Source of the DNA: Trichoplax sp. H2
Taxonomy: Eukaryota
Length of the DNA stretch: 64,000 nt
Direction of reading: 5' to 3'
NCBI GenBank assembly: GCA_003344405.1
Contig: NOWV01000026.1
Span: forward strand, 248,001 to 312,000
Part shown: positions 26,901-39,700 of the stretch, piece after piece
How positions within the stretch are numbered: the first letter of the stretch is position 1
Layout of the letters: each line of letters starts with the position of its first letter
Notes under the pieces: model-generated
What the model was told of the DNA's origin: nothing
Databases searched by the model: none
Seen by the model: only the letters and a program-made list of their open reading frames with translations
Position numbers and translations under genes: made by a program

Positions 26901-29242
26901 TGTATTTTATCGTCCTATTCTTCTCTAACACCCATGTTTTCATCTTAAAATGTCAAACACAGATAAATTCTATGCTCACAGGGAACAAAAAATTGTCTGA
27001 CATTGATAACGTGATCAGTTTAAATGACGTATATCTGATCTTCAATGATTTAGTCTTTTGATGCTATTGTTTTCGCTATTCATAATGTTTATTATTGGCT
27101 ACAGTAATTAAAATTATCTAATTTTATATTTACGACGTTTTTATAATAAATTCAAAGTATGACTCAGAGAGTTTCATGAGTTTTCATTGTATGAGGGCTT
27201 CATGTTACGAAATTATCGCGGAACTAGTCTGATTAAGTTGATTGCGATTGCATTGTAACTACTCGTAAGATTGAAGACGCTGAATTAATCTATATTATTC
27301 CATGTATGGTTGAAGAAGGCAATAAATAATTAGTTACGTTTTTGGTTAGAAATAAAGATAAGATTTTTTCTGCAAATAATTCGGGATTTTGATGCAGTTT
27401 AGATCAAGATATATACAAGCTGATCTATGCTTAAGGTTAGTTAGCTAAAGCAAGAACCTAAAATTAAACTAATTAATTCATTTTAGAAAATTTCTTGTAA
27501 GTTAAAAAAATACGATTAAATATATACCACAAAATGAGAGGCGTGCTGTGTAATTCTGAGAATTTATTATTTTGAAATATGTATGGTGGTGTCAGATGTA
27601 TAATATTTCCTAGTGCTTTTATTCCAGTTTGACAGACGATCCATAGTCATAGTGTAGGTTTGCACTTTAACACAATCTAGATGAATGCATATACCATTCT
27701 TCGAGTAGGCTAGAGGAACAGGCTTTATTACTAGTAGTTCGTTAACATCCTGTACGTCCCAAATAACGGATTAACGACAATAAAAATTAATAAATATTTT
27801 TATGCTTGCTAAGGTTAAGAATTGTATTTTTGAATAATTTGTTTTTTTAAATTAATGAATTAACTGGTATTCCTACGTATAGCATCGCTTGGCTATGCTT
27901 TGACAAGCATTTTTTAAGTGTGAAATATTTTGTCATAGGTATACTTAACCACTAATTAAAATTGAATACAACGTCGTAACAGATAAATTTTTAGTAGACA
28001 AAATTTGTATTTGATGGTTATAGATATCTACTGACTAGAACAGTAATTGGGATGATTTTAATATAAATTACATAATTGAATTATTGATAGCGATTATATT
28101 TGCAAGTAAATAGGTAAAATTGGGTCACCCAACATAGTTTTAACTCTATAATCAATATGTAGGTGATATAATGGGTTATATAATCGTAGGACTGGAACGC
28201 AATGAGAGACATTAATTTTTAATACAGTAAATACCTAAAGATGATTAAGAACATAACTTTATTTTACTGGTAAAAATTAATCATGCTAGAAATAACTTAG
28301 CCCATGTGATAATCGATAATATTAGCTCTAAATTCGCTTACATGTCTCGTAAATTTAAAATAAGTTATACGAAGAATTACGAAATCTTGTAGTAACGTTA
28401 CTATAACTAAAAATGTTGGAGATTGTGCTCAATTCTGACCAACGCGAAAAAGCTCCACTGCTGTAGACAAAGATGAATTGTGAATCGTTTAGGAGATTTA
28501 TAAGATTCTCTCGGTAAAATATAAATTCTTGAATTTATCATCATAACGAGACTTAAACTTATGTAAATTTGTAGTGGCTGGTTGTGATAAAGTGTTTTTG
28601 AAATATTAAAGCTAGAACTGGCATTTCTTGTAAGTTTTACTGCATTGCATAAAGTTGGTCCTTCTAACAATACCAAAGACTATCTTTACCTTCAGTTTAA
28701 GACTGTCTAACTTATTACAAAAGATCCATAATTTATATGCAATTGCTTACAAGATTATACTTAGCATCTCAATCACATCTTGCCGATTAAGTCGCAAGAT
28801 CAAGATAAATTTACCATTGCGCGACCTACTATATATTAATCACATCTTCTTAAAGAGTCATAATGAATTTCATAATGCTATCTTACTTGGAGTAATCTGT
28901 TAATATCTAAAAGTTTTAAGATATTCGTAAAATGTCTATAGCCATAACGCTTACTGTATTTTGTGTACAATCTCATAATTCTTATCTGGAGCTAATTTGG
29001 GACTGAACTACGCTGGTAAGTCCTGAAAAATAAGCAATCATTGATGAAAATGTTATAAATAGAGATTTTTAAACTAATAGTAGGGACTGATTTTGTTAGC
29101 TTACAAACATAGCGTTGCCAAACGTTAATATTTACGATATAATTTAGGTTTCTCAAGGAATACAATCTATCAAATTTAATCAGATTATAAAACTGGTTTA
29201 GTTGTTAACTACAAACAATATAATAACATACCTAAGGTATTG

Positions 29243-29328
29243 TAGAGACCCTAAATTTTAGGGTCTCTAACCCTAACCCTAACCCTAACCCTAACCCTAA
29301 CCCTAACCCTAAATTTTAGGGTCTCTAA
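29243..29328. mobile_element. Interstitial telomeric repeat (CCCTAA)7 framed by inverted and direct repeats; possible non-autonomous Helentron/HINE-like or MITE-like element
   Basis: TAGAGACCCTAAA-T-TTTAGGGTCTCTA palindrome at 29243-29269, (CCCTAA)7 at 29271-29312, second TTTAGGGTCTCTA at 29315-29327. The repeat structure is directly visible; the mobile-element class is inferred. Confidence 0.5.
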
Positions 29329-32300
29329 AAGCTTCGTTCATATGATGAGGTAATACGTTATTCACCGTAAAAGTTCGTTCAGACCACCTGAATGAATCTT
29401 AAGGTGTTGTAATTTAGTGCATGAACTACTACAAATCACTACTACTTCATTTTTAGAGTATGATATATGGGCGTGCCATATGCTACTTGACTATTTAAAT
29501 CTGTAAGCCGTGTCGGTTAATTTACCAAAGAAAGCACTTATTGAATCTAGGACTAATTCACTTCAGCGTTACGCTTATTAAGGACTTTCATACAAGATTG
29601 GCCATTTTGCCATCACCTTAAATATTGATCCACTTGACTATCTAATATTATTAATACCCTTATGTTTTCGTAGATGTTCCAATCTATTCTAGAGTATAAT
29701 ACCAATTGCATATTGATAAATATTTCCATGTTTTATTTAATTTATGTTATGTGCCGGTGTAGTTGTTACTGCTGTTTATCAAATGCCTCACATATTACCT
29801 GAAGAGTAACCCAGTTTCCTATCAAGGCTAATGAAATTTTCTCACGATTGGCTTGCAAGTTAGTAAAATTAAAATAAACTTGTTTTAAATCTTGGAAACA
29901 GTAGAAATGATCGCTTCAAATTGCTGAAATTTTCTTGGTACCTCTTTATTTCTTATATTTTGATAATACTTATCAATGCTTGGTAATAATATTCTTAAAT
30001 TTAATAATTATAATTAATTGTTCAAGTATTATGATTGTAATATATATCTGATTGAGATAACAAATCGTACATTAGTTAGTAAGAGTTTTTAACTGCACTA
30101 GCATGGGATTAAATTGTCAAGATGAATAGCTTTCGGAAAGCCTTTTAAAATTAGCATTGTTAAGCTAACAATGTGAGATTTCTTGGTTCTCTTCTATGTG
30201 AGCGCTGAAGTAATTGTCTTTATTGACAAACTGTTACGGGTATCATGAAAACACCATTAATTGATGTTGTACGCGCAATATCTTTGCTTGATTTAGCACC
30301 GAGTTGCTGGATAGCTTGAATTCATTTGGTTTACGACTTTAAATGTGACGAACAAAACTAATGATGCTTTATTATTGATTTTTAAAATACGGATATGTTA
30401 CGTAAATATCATGTTTGATAAAAGCCGTTTTTAGGGTTGAATGACTCAAAAAGTAGCCGTTTTTCTCTCTTACTGGGCGAATAATGGTAATGTTACTGAG
30501 CCAATTTATATTATTACGAGCATGTACGGTAATGCTTGTTAATTCATGTAATTGCTTTTTATATCTGAGAACGGTACATGCGGTATAAGTCGGTGTTAAT
30601 ACCGTATTTTGTGTATCATGTTACCTCAGTGAAAATTGCAATCGTTCACTTGTATCCCATTGCACATTACCGTACAGTTAGGTATTTTATGTATCTTAAA
30701 TTTACAAATTTGTTCGACCAATCCTGGGCTTGCCGTCTGATACTGTAAGCTTCTTTATTATCAAGCCCACTGTTCTCATGGTTAATAAACTTAGATTACT
30801 TGCAGTTCAATTAACTGGTGATGTGAGGCAACGAGTAAGTAGTCTATTTTTCATTGAAAGCGCTATTCAATTATTCATCAAACTTACAAATTCTATTATT
30901 CATCAAACTTACAAACTCAACACACACAGTATTGAGTGAAATACAGGCTTTAATAGCTTTACTAGGCATTGCTGGGGTCTTCGAAAACTAAACTAAAAAT
31001 TTAAGAATCATCGGAACTTTAATGGTACTTGCTACTCATAGCTTATGCTTTTGCTACGTAGCAAATAACTGTTCTACGATTACAGTAGTTTAGCAACTTA
31101 GTATGTCATTTTGGCGTAGGTGTTTACACGATCGAGAGAATTTGCTACTATATATAATTAATGAATTATAGCATAATTGTGTACATTTTTACGTTCGTAT
31201 TTTTAATTTTTCACTAAAGATTTCTTAACCTTCTAGTAAACAGCGTATTATACAAGTAAAAGTAATAAAGTACCGATATTATACGTATAAGAATGATGAA
31301 TTTAATATTTAGGGCTAAAAATATATGCAATAAATGTTAGGCTACAGTGTAGGTAATAAAGTGCGGTAGAGATTACAAATAAAAATATATTTAAGCAGTT
31401 TGCATGTCTTACATTCATCCCTCTTATTTAGCGAGATGATTTTTTTGCCGCAATGAAGTAGATACATAACACTATTCAGTAATCCTACAATTTACGAAAG
31501 AAATTTAACAGACTTCATAAGCATCTTTACAGTTTACTTTTCTTTTGTTCTATCATTTTTATTGTCTAGAGATAATGTAAATTTGGTTTAATCCGCGATT
31601 CCACTGTAATACTATAAAGTTTAATACGTACATTATGTTACATTAAGTGTACTAAGTAACATTTCACAGTTCTATATTATGCACTTATGCTTACTATGCG
31701 TGCTATAGATCAATAGAGGCAAGGTTCAATTATGCAGTATTCGGAGAATCATGATTACTAGTAAACCATTTCTTTTATTATGTCATAGTTGTATTGAGTA
31801 ATTGAATAATTGTTGTTAAACTGTATTAATGGACTTGATTTAACCACTATGATGTAGTTGTCGAAGGTCCTTATTATACTACAGACAGATTAGAATTGTA
31901 TTCATTAATTGCAGTGCGGAAAACTTTACAGAATAAGATAATAAATGCAGAATTATGCAGGCATAACAAATCCTGCAATTACTAGTCAAATCTATAACGA
32001 AAACGTTGTTATCGTTGAACAGACCGCATTTTCATAACTTAAGCGGCTGAAATTTTCGCCGTTACTACCATTTTACTACATTGTACTATACTAGAGGCAC
32101 AAGAAACTTATTTTTGTCCCAGTTTTGATTCATAATTTAATACACATATGTCAGAATAATTATGCTGTATTGTTTTACATAGAGAACGGCATATTAAGTG
32201 TTCTATTTTGTTGTTGTTGATCAGCCTACATTTTACGCTATCTAATATCGATTCATGACTCATAGAGACGTACATTCTGATCAGCGATCGAACAAATTAA

Positions 32301-33714
32301 ATTCCATTTCAGGTGATGACGGCACTTTTTGATGTTAGTGATCAAATAGTATACTGCCTGTGTATACCTAGGGTCAAATTACTGTTATTTTAGCGACCCA
32401 AATTCATAGAAGTATAAGCTATTTATCGTCACGTGCAGGGATGGTAACATCATTTTGTTCTATGCAGACAAAATCAATATTACTGGAAAAAAAGTTGATC
32501 ACTCTATACTATTGTTTAATTAAGGATAGTTTTATACTTTTTGGATACAGACAGTTGTCATCGACTATCTATGCCTACATTAGCAGTATTATTCCATTGA
32601 TGACTTCAGAGACCGCCTTATGTGTATGCATAGTAAATTATATGCGTTACCGTTAAACGATTTTTATTTGTTATCATTGTTTTTGTTAAGCGATCTATTC
32701 AAATTACTTCTTGTTGTAACGGTACGTGTATATCATTCTTATCAAAGGCGCAATTCTTTTCTATAAGTAGACAGTAGTATTCTATATCATAATGCATTAC
32801 TCCAGAAAAGGATTGTATTTAGCCAATTTCACATGATAAACCTTTACACTCTAGAAAAATTGTACTGTGATATAAGCTGATCATGATAAAATGCCATTTG
32901 CAATATGAGATGCACTGTAAATTATCCTAGCTACTGCAGATTATTGAAACGGTTCTCTAACAGCTTCTTTTTTCTTGAATGGTAATCAAAGGAAACGTAT
33001 CGCAGTTAGAAAGTTTTTATTAAAGATACATAACCAAGAAAGAGACAATTAAACGAAAAAGAGTTACAATCATCTCAGTGGATGTACTGTTTTTAGCTTA
33101 TTACTAAATATCTCAATATCATTGGCTACTTACTAGATTTGAATCATTTATTGGTATCTCGCAGTACGTACGCCGCCTATGTAATAATTACTAATGTTAA
33201 GCTTGCTTCGAATGGTTCTGCTAGATTAATTACTAAGGTATGTACTGTTAATCAAATTTATATGGTAGATGTAGTCAATATAGTTGATATGGTAATTATT
33301 TTTTAAGTTTTATTTTCTGTCATTCCTTTATCTTGGTCTAAACACTATCAATAATTCTGCATGCGTTGAATCGATTGATCAGCAACTACTTAATATCTTC
33401 ACACAAGATACCTTGAGAGAAGAATAACCTGCTACGTTAAAGGAATAGATTAGGGTTTCCGGTAAAAGAAATAGAAATTCACCGTAATTGCGATCATTAT
33501 AAGCGTCAAGTTAATCAGCTCAAGTAAATTTAGTTTTATTTCAAAGTAGTTTAATCAAGTTAAAATAAATTTAACGATAGATATCATACAAAAGACTTAA
33601 AGACAGTAACAGCACCGATGAAACGAATGTTAGTAATAATGCAGTACAATGAATCGTAGAATAGTAAAATTGCATCTTTGTGAATTTTAAACTACTGTAG
33701 TAGAAAGAGCCATC

Positions 33715-36700
33715 ATGAATCTCCCGGATAAAGTCCACGGCTGGCTAGAATATTGTGGTAGGTATAAATATCTTGACATACAATGTGTATTGTGTATACG
33801 ATTTGATAATACTAAGAAATTTTATTCACATAAATTCAATTATTCGTTCTTATTATTTTATAACGCTATTTAATCGCTACGTACTTTTTCTAAGTTCACC
33901 CTTTTTAAATACAACCTATTTTAAGTCGGCAGTTTTATTTTATTATAATCCAATAACGATGGAAATGTATTTATTACCGTCTTTTCATAGCTTTTTTATG
34001 ATCATTTACAGTTGAAAATGGATACAACACACTAGTAAGTACAGAGGGATGTTTGGTGTTGTATCATGGTCCATTGCTCTACAGTTGAATTATAGATTAT
34101 TTACTAACTTCTATACAATTAAAACCCGGAGGATATGTTATATTGTGATAAAACTACAAAAAGCCAAAATGTCGTTGTATTTAGATATGAAATCGATTAC
34201 TTAGTGACACAGTTTTCCCTGGGACCTATAGAAAGTTGATTTTTATCGATTTGATTATTATCATAAAGTATTTTTAATCAGCAGCGTTGATAAAGTGATG
34301 ATGAAGATCGAAAGTAATCTTTTTCGTATTATCGTATTTATTTTACTTGTAATGAGTAGAAGTCATAATGTTAAATTGACTGATTTACCTTGGACTCTTA
34401 AAACTTTGGTAATACGTAATGGATCGCTACACTATTTCTATGATATTTTTTCCGTTTGTATTTTCTAAGATACGCGTGTTATTAAGATTTATGCTAGAAT
34501 CTAGTAAATGTTCCAGCAAATAGTTATTAAAGACATATTTTTTAGTTCATTCTCCTTCATCAAGTCAATTAATTTTACTGATTAACTCGCATTAAAATGC
34601 ATTGGAATGCGACCAAATTGTCTTTAATTTGGTCTATAGTAAAAGCGTGAATGTGTCAACAGTGATCTTAAGTGAATGAATCGATATGAGGATTCCAGTA
34701 ACGATAGGAATGAAAGCAATTTTGTAGTAATTTTCTGAGTTACCTGAACCTAGCTCTTATTCGATGTATTATAAGCATGCTTTATGCATCCCTAGTTCTT
34801 TATTTAATGATCATTTATTTACTACTGGTATTGCAAATTTTGTCTGTACCTTAATCGAACTTGATACATATCGGGTTGGTGATCGAATTGATAAGTTAGT
34901 AGTACATTAATGGTGATAAAGTATTCGTACCCGTGTAGATCGAGAGCTGAAATAAAACAAGATCTTCACATATTATTCAGTAAGAGATAAATTTTTATTT
35001 ATTATACATTATATTTTTTTGATACTCACAAATTAATGATATATTTGACAAATTGGAATGTAATGGAAGATTGAAGAGTATGACAAGGATTTTAAGACAT
35101 TACCGATTTTCTTATTAGTAATCTTAATTCTAAGTTATTAAGGATAGATGTTTAAGGGTTTCAAAGCTCTTTTAAAGAAGTTATTTTCGTCCGGAACAGA
35201 TTTATGCAAGCTATTAATTCTTAGAGATATATGCTTTCTATGTGTTACAAGGAACTTAATTTCTCTCAGTACATGAAATGAAAAACTCTTATTAAGTTCT
35301 TGATTTATATCTATGTTGATTTCGTGAAAATTTCCTTTGAAAGTAGAAAAAGTTTAACACTGCCAATTCTTTGTATAAGTAATTATGCTAGCAGTATTTA
35401 TATTCATAAATTTTAATCGATAACTGAAGTATTTTATTTGAAATGAAAGAGAACTTAGGAAGCGGTATCATCAATAATATATCATATTTCTTATATACTA
35501 TTAAACTTAGACTCTTCTCGCATTCGCTCTAATCAATGGACTTTAATTTATGTCGTCCTTTTACCGGTGGAACAGCAATTGCGATTACAACGACAACAGG
35601 TAAACGATTTTGAAGTAGATTTCCAGCTTCTGAAATGTAAGATGGCTTACATGTAATTTCTGTTTTAGCTGTCAAATTGTTAGCTGTGAGATAAATATAG
35701 CATTTATCAATTCATTATTATAATCTCGATATTATTTAAATCGATATCTATCTAATTTAAAATAGTGCGACATGAAGGTGAATAAACATTTTGTTTCCTA
35801 TTTGGAAATTATTATAGAACTAAATTAGTAACAGTACTTTAATAATGATGTTGACTTTAACAGACGGTTCGAATCATAATTACGGCTAAATACGATCTAA
35901 TCGTCTACTAGATTTATCTATATATTGATTTCTAAATTAGAATATGAATAGAATAGCTATAGATTAATCTGCATAGTAACTGATACTATAAAGTTCCTTG
36001 GGTTAAAAGTGTCACAGTAGGAGACCTAGAATTTTCACATACGTTCTCAACTTCATCGATATTTACAAATATTATAAACCTATCATTATTGACAAACCAT
36101 GCTCTTCCGTACTAACTTAAATACATCAGTATGTTAATTTAACATATTTCAACTTCTAAACATGAAGATTACCGGATGATCAAATATGTTTACTAATAAA
36201 AAAATTTAGTCCTTTTTATAAATTTCAATTAATATTTTACTAGGAATTTATGTTAATGTCTCCAAATTCCTAGATATACTGGTGCTTTTGTCTCGTTTTG
36301 TAAAATAATTAAAACCTCCCAATTTTGTAGGTTATCTTAGCTAAGCATATGTTTTCTGCAGACATTTGTTTAAGCTCAGTGATTTCTGTCATTATTGTGG
36401 GTAATAAATTTAGGCAGTGGAAATATATTACTGGAATAAGATATGTACTAATTTATCAGTAGCAACGAGTAATCAGTAGTATGAGATCTGCTAGTATATC
36501 CTTAAAATTATGGTGTAGATTAGATCTGTTATTTAAGCGATCGGCTTTACTGCTTTTGTTCACCATCATAGTATAGTACTTTATTTGATCATTTTATTCG
36601 TATGGCTAAAATAGATGCTTTTTAATATATTCTACATAAGGGCGGTACGGGTAATCATGATTCTAGCTCATCGAAAAGTGGAATTAAAATCGATTCTAGA

Positions 36701-39700
36701 TCTGCTACAAATGTTATTAAAAAGAAAATGCAAGAGGAAGTTAGACTTCGAGCCAATACAGGTTAGGGATGGAGCTTTATATATGGCACTCGACTATAAA
36801 GTCTTTTAAATTCAAATACCATATAACATTTGCCATCAGATGAATATGGCATCACGTATTCACTATATTAATTGTAAGCTAACTAGGATAATCATCTAAT
36901 AGAGAAATTTAAATTGCAGTGAACTATTTCATATCCTTAGATTCTATGTTCTACCCATTTCGTAAATACGACATAACATTCGCCATAGTCGTAACTTTGT
37001 AAATTTTTTAAAGTCTTTGTTTGGTAAAAGATGTATTTGAAAATTAAAAGTTTACTGAATTTCTTGTGTTGGTCAACTTCCAATAATCTATAAAATGAAA
37101 TCCATTATGTTAATCCTTTATATCTTTAGTTCTAATGGACTAGCGCACTTCAGTGAATTAAATTGTTCTTTTTTACTATCTGTACTGTAGTGTTATAGAA
37201 AATCTGTATTTTCGAACCCTGTGAATAGAAGATAATGTTTAACTATACATGAGATTGTGAATAGAACATTTTTCCTTTTTAACGGCTTTTTTAAATGATA
37301 CTATTTAATCAATGCATATTATTCTATAGAGTCCGCTATTAGTGGAACTAGTAGCACATCTCGCGGAACTTTCACTGGTGTTGTTGATGGAGGAGCTAGT
37401 AACTCAAATAATTCAAAATTTAAGGTACGATCATAAATATGCAAAAATTCAAAGTCTTCATAAATTGTAACTTTAAATATGATTGTTAGCAAATATTTAA
37501 GAGAAGCGTCAAAAGATCTGGCCGATCATCTAGCAATGCTGATGATAATGATAAAGTACCCGTCTCTAAATTTGCTAACAAGTAAGAAAATTGAAAGTTA
37601 TTATCGAAGTAGCATTAAAAATAGGATCGTATTAAAATATTCGGTCATCGATATGATGTATACTGCTGTATCGAAACTTAAATTTAGAAATTTAGAAATG
37701 AATATCAGTATTCACTTTTTGTATGATTAAATAATAGGCCACCAATTTACCGAAGTCGATCTCTTGACATTATTAAAAATACTAAAGACGTTATTAATGT
37801 TGTAAGAAAATCTGTAGCTATATCTGTGCAATATCAATTCCGAAAGTATTACTCTAGGTAATACTTGGATTAAAAGAATGATCACTTTTGTTTAAAATTT
37901 GACTTGGTTTAACAGATTAATTTATCCAGAGACTGTAACCCTAAAGTTGAAAGTATTCATGCAAGTACTGTTCAACAAAAGCAGCACTGTTTTCAGCTCT
38001 GCAGCAATGGCGAATATCATTACTTTTCCTGCTCTTCAGATTCAGTTTTAGAAGCTTGGATCCATTGGTAAATGACTTTGAAATTAGTATTAATTGTTAA
38101 TTTTGTAGACGTATCTAGTAAAGGTCTTTTTAATCTTCACAATGATTTATGACTTTGCCAAGTCAATTGCAGACTCAGTTATTCATTATTATAAGATATT
38201 GGTACGCCAGTATTTTCTTTCAGATAGTGAATTTTGATTTTATCTGCAAGCATGAGCATATGATAGACTTTAATATATTATATGTTAATAATGAGCATGT
38301 TTTATAGAGGATAAAGAATGGCTTTGATTCCATTAGTAAACTCACAAATACATTAAAAAGCCAAAGTATTAAGGGAAGCTATTTTCATATTCTTATTCCC
38401 TTCATGTACGTATGATTGACCATTTTATCTGGGTAACTTCCACCTCATAGGCTAACTGTCAGGGAATAGACTTGATAGCTATTGTTGCATCACTTTCCTG
38501 AATAATTGGCGGTTAATAATTTAGTAAAGAGTTAAATTATCTTTCAATTTTTTAGTTAAATTATACAGCATGAACATTGATTAAGATCTGCGTAGCCCAT
38601 ATACTCATCAATTTTTTATTACAATCGAAATAAGTGGTCTTCGGTATAAGATGTTTGAGCCTACAATTGATATATATTCCGATTTCTTTTTAGCACAGTT
38701 TTCCTATTAGTAAGTTATTAATAATTTTGAAAATATTATCAATAGCTGCTGACTACACGTTAATAATAACAATTTAAAGCATTTATAGAGTTAATTATTG
38801 AGCATTACTTCTGTATTACAACGTTATACCGACGAATCATACTTCCACAAGGAAAATTACTGCAGCTGCAATCGAGTTTATTTTGAATACTGGTGTAGGT
38901 GCGGGTATGCAGATATTTAAATGCAGATATGGTTCAGTATTTGGTCATAAAATTTGACTTTAACCTTCTTATCAGTAAGCAGTTCATAAGTTATGAATCT
39001 GTTTGAAAAGATTTCCTTTCTATTCCTATGGTAGCGAATACGGAGAGGATTGAGATTTCAACCAGTAGTCTCAATCTTATTCGCCATTATGTTTTCATTG
39101 TACCTGTATATAATCTATCATCACGTCTTCATTATGCATAGTTAAAAATGTAGCCTCACGATGGCGTCATATCCTATTTATCTAATGATTTATTAATCAT
39201 GTAAAATAGTTTTTCCGTGCTTGCGTGTGTTAGTTAAGTACTTTATTATTTTTAAACATAGGGAATGCTATACATTCTTTTATTAGTTATACTCTCTTAA
39301 TTTTATTTTTAATTTTTCCCTTTTACCGTTAATGACATTACTATAAATTCCTCTTTTAAAAAGTGTATGCGCTAATTGATGAAAGTAAGCTGTTATTATA
39401 GTCTTTAACCTAATTAATTTTGAGGATTACTATCTCATCTGACTGTGTGTTTATTGCATTAATGCTGAAAATAGATTAAAAATTAAATTTTTTCTTTATT
39501 AATGTAATGAATGCCCAAAATTTACCCTCATCTTAGATTCCAGCCTTTAAGTTTGACTAAAATTAAGACTAATTATAATTATGGATAAATTGCGATTATA
39601 ATGTATTTATCCATCCATCAATTTTATTGCAATATTCTTGATACTGCTTCAGTTTTCTGTTCAGAACGATATATTCAGGGATTACATGAGCGGATGAACT

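Noticed and set aside
29271..29312. True telomere or telomerase RNA template
   Set aside because: Only seven units, internal, flanked by ordinary sequence; no supporting telomerase RNA structure recognised.
30523..30676. 12-bp inverted repeat TGTACGGTAATG / CATTACCGTACA, 130 bp apart
   Set aside because: A rough estimate gives about one such pair per window by chance; no target-site duplication or other copies seen.
24758..34015. Short hydrophobic ORFs in the large intergenic region (24758, 28407, 28655, 30730, 32441, 33755)
   Set aside because: I/L/F/Y-rich composition typical of random AT-rich DNA, often with non-ATG starts, and no recognisable motif.
36495..36505. ATATCCTT, resembling a U12-type 5' splice site
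   Set aside because: Not at an exon boundary; the flanking RasGAP exons join correctly through ordinary GT-AG sites.
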